Positions 1-12,541 of a DNA stretch of 64,000 nucleotides are shown one piece after another. The translations under genes were made by a program, and so were the position numbers. This DNA is from Enoplolaimus lenunculus. Taxonomy: Eukaryota. The DNA lies in assembly GCA_030248215.1 (NCBI GenBank), contig JASANG010003711.1:248001-312000 (forward strand). Reading direction: 5' to 3'. Position 1 is the first letter of the stretch. Each line of letters opens with the position of its first letter. The notes beneath the pieces were generated by a model. That model ran no database searches, was not told the DNA's origin, and saw only the letters and a list, made by a program, of their open reading frames with translations.

Positions 1-1544
1 TACCAGTGTGCCGTAATGTGCCCAATAATGCGCCCATTCAAATCCGGTTCAAGATACAAGTTTTTTAAAACCTCACAACAGAAATTGCAAATAAAGGTTT
101 GATCCGTAACCCTCTGACTACGTACATGGAAGACGCTTTGAGAGCAAATGTTTCGAAATTAAGTGTAAGAACAATCAGTTCAGTTGGAGGAAACGGCGTG
201 TTTCGCGATGACCGTGTACTTGACGTACTTGACTATCCGCCAAATTATTTGTTATAAATCTTTGTTTAGTGTGGGACGCGGTGTCTGTTGAGGCACTTTA
301 CTCTCCCTTGTTTTTACTAAATTCCGCCCATGCAAACCCTCCTAAGCTTTTCTGGCCTTGAACTAAATATTTCGATTTATTATTGATTTTAAGTACTTAG
401 CTAGTGGTGATGACGAAATAGTCAGCACCACGTATTATGTTGTTTGTGTAATTGCATTAATAATCTTTGTTTTCGTGGACGCAAGTGTTATTGGCGCGGC
501 ACCTAATTATGCAAATTAGGCGGAGGTAGCCTGGCCTCCATAAATATATTATAATCGTTATATATTTTGAAGTTTATGATTTGCAGCTTCTTTTTCTGCA
601 ACAAGTTATATGGTACTGGTGTTTTTAAGTTATCGTTAGAGTTTTATGGTTTTTCATGGAATATGGGTTAGCTGATGGGTTCAGCGGATGATAGTGCGGG
701 TTGAACGTAAATGTCAATTAATCTTGGATCCCGTTTAACCAAGCATTAATCTAGTGGTTTCGCATTTCTCGCGGGTGCTGCGTTTTAGATATCAAGTATT
801 GTGCGTTTCGCTGCGCGCAGATTACGCCTTTGGGCAATACAGTAATCTACGTAACGTAGCGCGTAAGTAAAATTTCCTCCCCGTGTCGTTGCAAGCGAGT
901 AAGCAAACACAGTAATAACCGGAGATCGCGACCGTACCCTGCTCAGCACAAAGGTTTTCGGATTGCCTTGGTGTTGTCTCCTCATATCATAGCCGCAATT
1001 TCTGTACACACCCACACATCTACACGTTAAATAAAGCCAAATTTGATATTTAGTAAAATTATTTGCATTGTAATCATTGCACGCTGATTTTGTTGGTTTC
1101 TGATCAGAAGATCGCCGGACAAGTGGCCACTAGGCAGATAGGCCGACGGACAGAATTCCTTCTGGACCATAGGCCGTTTGGGCACAATTACTCGTACCTT
1201 TAAGTGAAACATTCATTGCTCAGATAATGTTGGTTTCCATGATGCACGGACTCAGCCCCTCGTGGAAGAATTTTGCCCCCTCCTGGAAAATTTTTTTGAC
1301 CCCATAGAACTTTCTAATCTTGCTTGTATGTCATCAAAATCCTTGTATGCTCCTGAAAAATTGTAGCCCCTACGGCCTGACGATGCATGTGTTGATACAA
1401 CCAACCAGTACTTATATATTCAAATAGCTCTTCGTGCATTACCGAGTCTTTGTTAGAGAGCCCATGGCGTAAGTCAACGACTGATCAGCATTACTATTTT
1501 TAACAAATAATAACAGTAAACGGATTAAAGCTAAATTAGTGTTT

Positions 1545-2050
1545 TTTGCCCAGGCGGCCTTTTTTGTCCAGACCGTCTCTTGTTTGGACGGCCTTTTGTC
1601 CAGACGGTTTTTGGTCCGGACGGCGTTTTGTCCCGGCGGGCTTTTATCCTGACGGCGTTTTGTCCAGGCGGGCTTTTATCCTGACGGCGTTTTGTCCAGG
1701 CGGGCTTTTATCCTGACGGCGTTTTGTCCAGGCGGGCTTTTATCCTGACGGCGTTTTGTCCAGGCGGGCTTTTATCCTGACGGCGTTTTGTCCAGGCGGG
1801 CTTTTATCCTGACGGCGTTTTGTCCAGGCGGGCTTTTATCCTGACGGCGTTTTGTCCAGGCGGGCTTTTATCCTGACGGCGTTTTGTCCAGGCGGGCTTT
1901 TATCCTGACGGCGTTTTGTCCCGGCGGGCTTTTATCCTGACGGCGTTTTGTCCCGGCGGGCTTTTATCCTGACGGCGTTTTGTCCAGGCAGTTTTTGTCC
2001 GGACGGCCTTTTGTGGAAGAAATCATTTATCCAAACGGTTTTGTGTCCGA
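1545..2050. repeat. 32-bp minisatellite (two related 16-mers), about 11 near-perfect copies with degenerate edges
   Basis: Unit GACGGCGTTTTGTCCAGGCGGGCTTTTATCCT; homogeneous from about 1619 to 1990. Confidence 0.95.
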
Positions 2051-2163
2051 ATATCGATTAGTAAGAGTGCTTATATGATGCTGTGACTACGATTTTTGCA
2101 TACTACTGTATATGAATTCAGAGGTTAATTTTTATGCAATATTAAAGAGTTAAGATGCTTAGT

Positions 2164-2540
2164 CAGTGGCGGATCGAGGATCTCAAAATGGGGGGGCCAA
2201 AATTCACAGGTAATAAACTTATTTTTGACCCATACTGTACTGACCCAAATAAGAGGGGGGTCCCCATTTTGAGTCCCAATTAATAGGAGTCCGTATTCCT
2301 AATAAGAATCCGTAAGCGGGTAGAGTCCTTATAAACCCTTGTTTAGAGTCCATAAATGTCTATTATCCCTAATTGTAGCGCATAAATGACTCCAGGGCCA
2401 AGGAACTTTAAAGCGTGCTTATACTATTGTGTATAAAACAGAGAAATAAAAAGCGTAGAACAGCAATTGACACTATATAATTTTTGTCGAGATGCTGTTG
2501 GGGGGCCACGGCCGGGGTGCCCCCCGTGGATCCGCCACTG
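2164..2540. mobile_element. hAT-type MITE family A (TIR CAGTGGCGGATC)
   Basis: TIRs CAGTGGCGGATC / GATCCGCCACTG; 8-bp TSD TGCTTAGT. Confidence 0.9.
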
Positions 2541-4810
2541 TGCTTAGTTTAGCTGGTGCTGTGCATTCTACCGTCAGAGTTTCCTGTTTTATTTATTTTA
2601 ATGTAGATTACCTTTGTATTCAGCTTTCTCGTTTTTATAAAATATTGATGGTTTCTCGTTCTATTATTAGCACTTTATTCAAATCAAATTGAATATTTGT
2701 ATAGTTGCCTAAATACTTATGACATTCCGACGTTGGGCAGGCATTTAATCACTCTTGCTGCCTATACAAACACCCGACTTCGACCATACTTTTGTGTGCT
2801 AAGTTAATAATAAACAGCCCATTGATGCGGCCTGTAGTAAGCAGCGAGACTACGAGTGTCGAGTAACGCGTCAACGGACGGCCGAAACAGTAGCTGTACT
2901 CTCAACGCAGTGGGGAGCGAGGTACCGTTGGGCAAAGATGTTGTAATGGAGCTTACTAACTGGCTGCACGAATGTTCTATAACAGCGCAGAGCTAATATT
3001 TTTTATTTTATCCGACTTAACACACGAGCTCGGATGCGAACGTTGTTAAAATAATTCGCATAACATGTATCTTTGATATTAAGTGTGACTGAGTGATGAG
3101 TTTAATGCGAACAAGGCATTTGCCTGAAAGGCAAATATGGTGACCGCGAGTCAAACGAACCAATGAAAACGTTGGAATTGAGTTTATCTCGAAACATTAA
3201 ATTCAGAAAAATTTAATACACATGCAGAAGGGAAAGATGATTTTTTTCTATATCTTACAAGCCGGGATTTACTTAAAATTGAACATTTGACCAATATTTG
3301 CATATTTGGGCTTCGCGTGAGCCTAAAATTAGTCTGCGCCCAAATATAGATTTTTGATACGGTCCTCGTTGATACCGACAACATTTTGCAATTTTTACAT
3401 TTTTCAAATAATCTTTGCTGGTCATAAATCGTTTTGTATATTAGCCTTACAGCAAAAATCAGTATAGTATAGAGTGCTGAAAATTGTACCCGAAGAACTT
3501 TCGTAGTGAGGCACAAATAGCATTTTTCTCAAGTATATATCACAATATCTAGATGGACTTTAAACAAAATATTTCTGTGGGTTGTCAACTGCATTTTGTT
3601 GTTCAAACGAAAGTCTTTTTGTTCATGCAAAGAATACGCATGCGGAGTTGGGTTAGATTGCAGTTTGAAAATTTATTTTAACAGTATATTTCTTTTGCAG
3701 TTTCGGTTTTTCTGATTATTCAAATTCATGACTTGGTATACTTCTTGCATGTCAAGTGGACATTAAAATCGCCCGCCCCCCCTACGGTCGCAAAACTGAC
3801 CATCGGTGTGGCCTGTAGTTAGTGAAGCTACGAGTAATGCTTCAACAGACGGCGATATCTGCAGTCGTACTCTCGGCGCAGTGTGTATCAAGGTGCTGTT
3901 GGGCTGAGTTACCATAGCAGAGCTGCTAATTGGCTGCACGAATGCCCATGACAGGATCGCCTCAGCTTCTTATATTGTTCGGTTTAGCATGCAAGCAAAT
4001 TTAAAATTTTCATCGTCAGCAAGGCCGAAACTAGTCGTCTTAAAAAGTTCAATAATTGTGAACTACAGAAATTAGTCGCAGTTATTCCTAGTTTCGTAGC
4101 ATGACAGGCCCGTGTAAAAAGGGCGCAATGAATTTCTACGGGACTGCCATCGACAAAGCTTAAGCTTTAGATATATTGTTTGCTTAGGCTTAGTCGTAGA
4201 TATTAGCTTATTCTTAGACTTACTCTTAGGAATAGGTTTAGGAATACGCTTATTCTACTGTTACGGCCCCGTTCTAAACATTGGTTCATCACATATTTGT
4301 TTGATAAGTACTGCGATCGAAAACAGCAGTCACCGCCCGAGGGCGGTAACGTGTTAAAAAGAACACTACAACTCAATGAAAAAATAGAACGGACTTTGAC
4401 CCTGTTCCTAAAACCTTGGGCGGAGTACCCCAGCGTCTATTTTGTCATATTTCATGTGTTTTAGCAATAGATATTAACTATGCGTTGTAATAGTTAGTGG
4501 AAGAAAATCTTTATCTTTAAATGGCAAAAAATGCTATTATTCGAGAAATCAATAAAGCATACAAAGCGATAAGCTTAAACATAATTAAGTATGACTCTTT
4601 GGTCGCGTCAAGCGTGTCTAATGTTGACTTTTTGCTGGATCTCATGGATCAAAGGACATGTGTGCAACAGGTATGTACGTGAGTTTCAGAACCGTACTGC
4701 AGCAATGGAGGTACCGGCGTCATCCGTACATCTTCGCCCCTCCCGTTCGAAAATTTATTTATAGGAGCTTTGCATTTGTACTTGTATCTGGGTACGCATT
4801 CGACATATGT

Positions 4811-5740
4811 ACTAGGTAAAAGTGCCCCTAGAAGGGACAGATTGTGATATGTTTCGCTTGAAGCATGTAAAAGAGTTTAAACAAGGATTAGTTAGACCAT
4901 AGATCAGTAGGTAATGCTTATAATATTAACTCCATAACTTCTATGAAAATAGTTGTCACCTATATCTTTGACGGCGGTCTTTCAGTGTTAACACGCATGC
5001 GGTCAGCGAAACAAGAAACACATGGGCCCGAGGGACATCACCTATCAGCTTAATTTTAGCCTTTGTTGGGTTTTACAATGTTCAGTTTATAAGTGATCTA
5101 ATCTAGCATTCTTCATTGGAAGAGGATATTTTTGAGTTTTAAAATATTATGTTTCTAAAACTTGATTAGTAAATATTTCAATATTGCAAGATTACAAATT
5201 GCGTCTATTGATTATCGAATAAAAAATGTCACGCATACGTGCTCGACTGTTTTAGCTATCTTTACCATGACAATTTGATGATGTGAAGTCCAGAAACTTT
5301 TCCAAATTGTGTTCTGTGCCGTGACATATTTAAGCTATTCATCAAGAAAATACAATTCAAACGTTGCTAAATATTTCAAAGAACATGTTCTGCTGGCGCT
5401 CAATTGAGATAACTTTTAAAAAGCAACTGACTGTTATACGAAAGGCATGTTGAGAGTTGTACTTTAGAACGCCTTGAAAACCCATAGTGTCAATTTATAG
5501 CTTAACAGATGAAAGTTCGTTGGGCCCATATGTTTCTTGTTCCACTGACCGCAAGCGTGTTAACACTGAAAGACAGCCGTCAAAGATATAGGTGACAACT
5601 ATTTTCATAGAAGTTATGGAGTTAATATTATAAGCATTACCTACTGATCTATGGTCTAACTAATCCTTGTTTAAACTCTTTTACATGCTTCAAGCGAAAC
5701 ATATCACAATCTGTCCCTTCTAGGGGCACTTTTACCTAGT
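4811..5740. mobile_element. Foldback-type element with TIRs of about 220 bp
   Basis: ACTAGGTAAAAGTGCCCCTAGAAGGGACAG... mirrored by ...CTGTCCCTTCTAGGGGCACTTTTACCTAGT; second copy at 60770-61787. Confidence 0.85.
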
Positions 5741-8700
5741 TTCTTTCTTTTACATGGGATACGGTGAGGCGTTATGCTAAGTCTACTCCTAAGCGTACAC
5801 TTGCTCCATTGCAATCCGCCAAAAAGCAGCCTTTTCTAAGCTATAATGCATGGGAGGTTACTACAAAATATTACTGTCTTAGAAATTTCAGTAGAACAAA
5901 CATCGCAGTGACACGTAATCTATAGCACGTTGTCATTAGCATCACACAATAATATCGACTAGCTATGGTAATTACATATTTGTAATACAATTTTTCGAAA
6001 AATTACAAAAATCAAACTTTTAATAACAACTTAAATGAGACGTTTAGCTGTCCAATTTGTGTATGGCGTCGAAGCGGCTAATTAGAATATTCTATGCGCA
6101 AGTTACCAAATGCCATCTCTGCTTTCCTGCAGAGAACATTCTGCAAAACTTTCAAAAAGCGTGCATCCTCGAGGCTTGAAACATATATTGAAAACACTAC
6201 CGTGTTTCAATGATAATGCGCATCAGACCTGCAGATTCAAATTTAATTCTAAGTCTGCGAATTGAAATTTTGTCTTGGATTTGAACTTTTTGATTTGAAT
6301 CACGTAAAGACAAATATGGTGGGAGGAAATACGGCACTCGTATGGTGGGATAATTATGGCATCCACGACCACGTGGGAACAATTTGGTGGGGAAAAATAC
6401 GAGAGCCACATGTGGTCAATGATACATCGCCGATGACACCTCTGTGGTTGTAGTTTACGACAGTTCGTCGCCCAACATCTTGTAGCTCGATAGTGCAATA
6501 AGCCTAAGCCTAACCGTACACGTAATCATATGGTTAAGCGCCAGCCTAACCATGCGAAGCGGTAGCCCCCCGCTCAAAAATTGTTTGAGAAAAGATTGCA
6601 ATGTCCTAGTTTTAAAATTTTTTACTCCAGTGCTGTTCATGCAATTTTGTTTAGATCGGTAGTGTCAACCAAGGGAACGGACTTTCATATCCGGACCGAC
6701 ACAAAACCCATATTTAGTATTGGTAGTTAACACTAAAACAGCGTATAGTTGTTATTCGGTCGCTTTGCTCGTGAGTTTTTCTTCACTATACGTTACGATT
6801 TTCTCCATTTGAAATTTCTGCATCCGCTACTGATTTGCGGGCAACAAATTGCCAAATCCACGAGATTTCGATTAACAAGTTGTCGGTCGAGCAGCTATCT
6901 GTCGACGATTTGTGGTACCGGTTGTGAAATATTCCACGATTTTTGTTGCGTAATTTTTAGGCTGACATAACAAAGTCGGCGATTGGTCAACTTGATTGTT
7001 TTAAACAGAAACTGGTGTATAAAATTGATTCGGAAATCAGCTACAAAATGGAAGTGATTGCAGGTGTTGCCAACGAGTTGATGCTTATTGCAGGTGAGAA
7101 TGATTGTTAGACATTTTTGTTAGTCTTTTTTCCCACGCAAACATCAAAAGCTTGCTAACAGCTGTTATTATATTTTTGTACAAAAGTTGTCACCCGGTAT
7201 CTCTTAACTGTTTTAGCGTTGTCACGGTTAATTTTTTCCCACGGGTGGTTTAAACCCACCGGTTGGTTTCACACTAACGGTTGATTTCACCACAACGGCT
7301 GGTTTTAACGTAACGGTTGGTTTCACCGTAGCGGTTTGTTTCACCGAAGCGCTTTCCGCTCAAACGTGAAGTTTAGCAGCAACGAAATATTTGTGATCAA
7401 GTATAGATGAAGTGTTTTGTGTGTAGACGTTTTGGCACTTCAGTATTGTCAGCATGGCGTTATTGTTTTCACTCGGCGCCGTCCGTCACCGGGCGGAACC
7501 GCACGCGAGTAAGCCGCATTACATTCTTTACGGCAACTGCCGGCGACGGATCACGCAGGATGACATTAAAATTTGTTAAAAAGTTTCGTCGATACCCTTA
7601 GGATTATGGAGCTACGTACGCCGTTCATCATCGATTTGTTAGCGTTTTAGGGGACATATCGTCGTCATATCTGAAGTGCGGCCGATTGATTCAAAAACAC
7701 GACAATGAACTCAATGATGAATGCTTATTCGAAAGTCATACCACGGCTCCGTCTATTTCGGATTTAATGGCGCAACTGGACGAAATATGCGTTTGGTATA
7801 CAACACGAACCGTTGATGTGTCGTCGAAGCTAACACGAGTGTCACCAGATGCTACAAATGAGCTGAGAAGTTTGCGACTGTTGTGGCGGATACCTTTCAA
7901 ATGGCGACAGAGATTAAAGCAGATGGAAACAGGCTTTGAAGCTGTGAAGCGGTACGCGGAAACATTGTGAATTGACGCTTTTGGATTCTGATAAATTTTA
8001 TCGGTTACAAACGTGTTCAGTGTCACCGTTCTGATGCTGGCGGCAGGACACAAAACGTAACTCATTTTGGTGCAAAATAATTTCTCCAATTCTGAATCTT
8101 TGTCGTTTGGTTGAGTGTTAATGTTTATAAAATTACATAAACGATGAATTTCCAATTGATTGTGGTGTACGCAACACACTGTAATATACTGTCACTGTGA
8201 AATATACACTCGTTGCTAGTACCAAAGACTTAGAGTTGCGCTATACTTTACACTGAGCCGAACGCCGGCGCGCGACGAGTATAGCGCAACCCTAAAGGAT
8301 GATTTAATTCGACTGGGGAAATAATCGTATATGTTATGATGGTGAGAATAATCATGCGGTGACAATAATCGTATACGGCTTCGGATACGGAGGCGAATAT
8401 AGTTCTCTGGGGTAGCAGTTATGGTCAACGTTTTGTGATCGTGTTGATTCCACGATAACAATTTAATCATGTCACCAATATAACGGAAAACCGCTGCAGC
8501 GACTGTTTGGTGGAGTGTGAGGACGCATTCTACTTCCGCACTCGAAAAAATTCGGCTTTCATACAAAGTTTAACTAATGTAAAGAACAGGGACGGAACAG
8601 TATTATAAGCTTATTTTTAAGCCTAAGCCTAAGCCAAGCAAAAAATTAAGCTAAAGCTTAAGCTTATTCTATGCTATTCTCACAGAACAACGTTCCGCCC

Positions 8701-9149
8701 CTGGTCTTTACATGGGCTCAAATTTTCAAAGTTGTGTTTTATTTCTACAAATTTTATAAATTATATGGTTTAGCGATGTTCACCCCCGTGGTTCGGTAGT
8801 CAGAAATACAAAAACGAGGTCTAATTCTCTCTCGCTTCTCTCGCATTATTATTTCGCCATATGATTCCAGCCATAAGCGTTCACGCGGAGGCACTGAGGC
8901 GAGCACTGTGTTTGCAAATATTCTTGACTGTTTTTCACCAACGGTTTCCATATTATATTTTCGTATGAACTTTCTGGAAAAATCGTTCTAGGACAATTTT
9001 TTCCCCGAAAAAACTGTCCCGCTGTCCCAACTGTCGCAACCCAGCTGTCCCTTTCTCCCAGCAGTCCCGTGGTCCCAACTGTCCCGCTGTTTCAACAGTC
9101 CCGTTGTCCCAACTGTTTCGCGGTTCGGATTGTCCCAACTGTCCCGAAT

Positions 9150-9990
9150 GCGAATTAGTTATTAGGTAACTATTCATTTATTGGTTTTGGAGGTTTGTAA
9201 ACAATTTATTCAGATTCCTCGCACTGAAATGATTCGTGAAATATTGCAAAAAACGCTTAATTTAGGCATCAATTATGCTTGTATGCAAATTATCTATTAG
9301 CTAACTACTCAATTATCGGTTTTAGACGTTTGTAAACAATTATTCAGAATCCTCGCACCCAAAAACATTCAGTAAACCCTAATAATTATTGAAATAATTT
9401 AAAAAGTCCTAATTTTGTCTAGTTAATTAAGCTGACATGCAAATTAGCTATTAGCTTACTATTGAGTTATCGGCTTTGGAGGTTTGTACACAATTTATTC
9501 AAATTCCTTGCACCTAAAACTATTCAGTTCTGAAAATATAATGATTTTAACCTTAATAATTAGTGAAGTGTTGTAAAAAGTCGTAATTTAGGCTTATAAA
9601 CTATGCTAATGTGCAAATTATCTGTTACCTAACTACTCAATTTTATCGGTTTTGGAGGTTTGTAAACAGCCTTTGCAGATTTCTCGCACCTAAGAATTCT
9701 TTAATGCTGAAATTAGACTGCTTATAACTGTAATAATTAGTAAAATAATGTAGAAAGTCGTAATTTAGGCTTAATTAATTATGCAAATTAGCCTGTAGCT
9801 AATAAACGGCTTAAAAGTTTAAACCCCAATGCAAGGTTAACACCATAGGATAATTGACATTCAAACAAAAAAAGTTTATCAAAATCTGTTCAGCCGTTCC
9901 TGAGATTCTTGTTAGACGGACGGACGGACATCCACCTTTCGACCCCAGAGTACAAAACATAAAACGCTTCGCGAAACTCCGAGCTTTGCT
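9150..9990 (-). mobile_element. Partial copy of the same HINE-like family with extra internal repeat units
   Basis: Reverse-complement similarity to 42440-43000 (GACGGACGGACGGACATCCACCTTTCGACCCC; repeated GGTTTTGGAGGTTTGTAAACA units). A short fragment is also at about 52800-52925. Confidence 0.75.
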
Positions 9991-11873
9991 GAAAGTTTCA
10001 CTTCTCTCAGTAACAATGCTTCAAAATCATGCAGTTCTACTTAGGGTACTGTTTGAGAAGATGTCTGGTCTATTAAGCATGGGAGAAATTCAACAAAGGA
10101 AAGAACTCCACGTTGACCGTTGTTGGAAAAATTATTGTGAGCGGGGATAAATTATACTCGTCTAATTCGTCCGGGGAGGGAGTGGGGGGTTGTGAAAGAA
10201 TTAAGCGGAAGAAAAAATTTTACGTCAGCGGGGGAAGAAGTAAACTAGTCTAATTCCTTTGGGGTGGCGAGAAAGAATTTTACCGTTACACCGATGGTTT
10301 GACGCAATTCATACTTATTCATCTTTTATTGAAACATCAGTTGGTGGTAATATATGTTAAAATGAAGGAAGTAAATTTTTGTTTGTCTGCGTATTTATGA
10401 AAAATAATACGAGAGCTATAGTATACTGTGTGAAGATTCACACATTGGGTTTCGTCTAATAAGTAGGAACTCAGGTCTGTGTATTGTTTCACCACTAAGA
10501 TAGGTGGAGCTGACGAAAAGAAATTATGGTTTTATACTTGGGTGAGAAATTACTGAACCAATTTCTTGATTATTTTTGTGAGTAAATTTAGTTTTTTCTG
10601 TGTTTATTGTTTGTAAAATTTAAAGCGGTTTGATTTTGGTCTTTTTTAATAGTTATTTAGTTACTGTAAGGATGATTTTTATAATTCACTTATGACGTTG
10701 AAAACATTTCATTTTTACATCCTGCTGGATGCTGTCATATAAGCTTGGTCCTGCGGTGGAGCTTGCGTATGCAAGAAAAGTAGCATAGTGTTCGAATGCT
10801 TCATGTTTTGAGTTTGAGATAATGTATAGGTATACTTAAGATCACGCTATACTTATGATGGCGTTATGCTTTTGATGAAGTCCGTCACCGTACGTCACTG
10901 TACGACAAAGGACGTGAATTTGTACATGGCATCGCATAACAATTCATGAAAACAACATTTTTAACTTGCTAACTTGCGGTGCCGGATTCCACCGCACGAC
11001 AAGCATAGCGCCACCCTTATGTATTACAAAATTATTATATCGCTTACAAAATGTATGTGCTAGCTGTTAACATGTACATGTTACCTTATAGTTGTTCCGT
11101 TTACAAAATAAGCAGCTTCGTTCGTTTGATGGAAAAACCTTCTAAATTGTCTTGTTTTTATTTTTAATCAAAAGAAATTAAAAAATTAATAGTAAATTAA
11201 GTGCGCTAATCTAGCGTCGAGCGCAAAAAATTACGCAATTCAACTCAGTGTGTCGCTTTGGACAGTAATTACATGAAAAAATTATAGATGTCTGAACTGT
11301 TAAAAGTACATTTTTGGTTTCGCAGTAGTCCATGTAAGATCGCAAAAAGTGAAAGTATTCAAGTCTTAGAAAATTAGAAAATTGAAATTTAATTGAAATC
11401 ATCAGGGGATGTTATTAGGAACCAAATCGGCATTGTGTTCAGATATATTAAGACCAGAGCGCGTTCTGAAGATTTGGATAAACATTACTTCTAGCAATGT
11501 AACAACCAAAACGTGTTCCAAAGTTTAAGCTTCCTCAGCGTAATTAACAAAAGTGTAAAAAAACGCTTAAGCCCAGGCAATAAAATAAGTCTAAAATTGA
11601 ACCTATTCGACTGCGGTCTTGTGAAAAAGTGGGGCACCGCTAAAAGTAACATGGCCTGACGTTTGTACGATTAAGCGTAAGTATATTTCAATGTGGTTCT
11701 TTCTTCTTGGAACGTAAAACGACTCATGTATATATAGTTCGAAGGAAGGGTGACATTCGATAGAATCTATGTTGCAGTGGTTTAAATCAGACGGAGACAA
11801 ACCAAATCAACTCAACTTCAGGTGACCAACGAGCTCGATTTGTACAGTTGTAGACACGATCAAAACCATGATA

Positions 11874-12541
11874 ACAGAATTGACACATGAAAACAGAATT
11901 GACACATGAAAACAGAATTGACACATGAAAACAGAATTGACACATGAAAACAGAATTGACACATGAAAACAGAATTGACACATGAAAACAGAATTGACAC
12001 ATGAAAACAGAATTGACACATGAAAACAGAATTGACACATGAAAACAGAATTGACACATGAAAACAGAATTGACACATGAAAACAGAATTGACACATGAA
12101 AACAGAATTGACACATGAAAACAGAATTGACACATGAAAACAGAATTGACACATGAAAACAGAATTGACACATGAAAACAGAATTGACACATGAAAACAG
12201 AATTGACACATGAAAACAGAATTGACACATGAAAACAGAATTGACACATGAAAACAGAATTGACACATGAAAACAGAATTGACACATGAAAACAGAATTG
12301 ACACATGAAAACAGAATTGACACATGAAAACAGAATTGACACATGAAAACAGAATTGACACATGAAAACAGAATTGACACATGAAAACAGAATTGACACA
12401 TGAAAACAGAATTGACACATGAAAACAGAATTGACACATGAAAACAGAATTGACACATGAAAACAGAATTGACACATGAAAACAGAATTGACACATGAAA
12501 ACAGAATTGACACATGAAAACAGAATTGACACAAGAAAACA
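11874..12541. repeat. 19-bp minisatellite, about 35 essentially identical copies
   Basis: Unit GACACATGAAAACAGAATT; produces the three spurious minus-strand repeat ORFs. Confidence 0.97.

Noticed and set aside
1545..2050. CRISPR-like 32-bp repeats
   Set aside because: Head-to-tail units with no spacers, no cas genes, eukaryotic context.
7407..7970. Programmed stop-codon read-through gene
   Set aside because: The 5' part (about 7440-7560) resembles a GC-rich repeat also seen near 10850-10910 and 14720-14900, so the continuous frame is more likely chance or decay.
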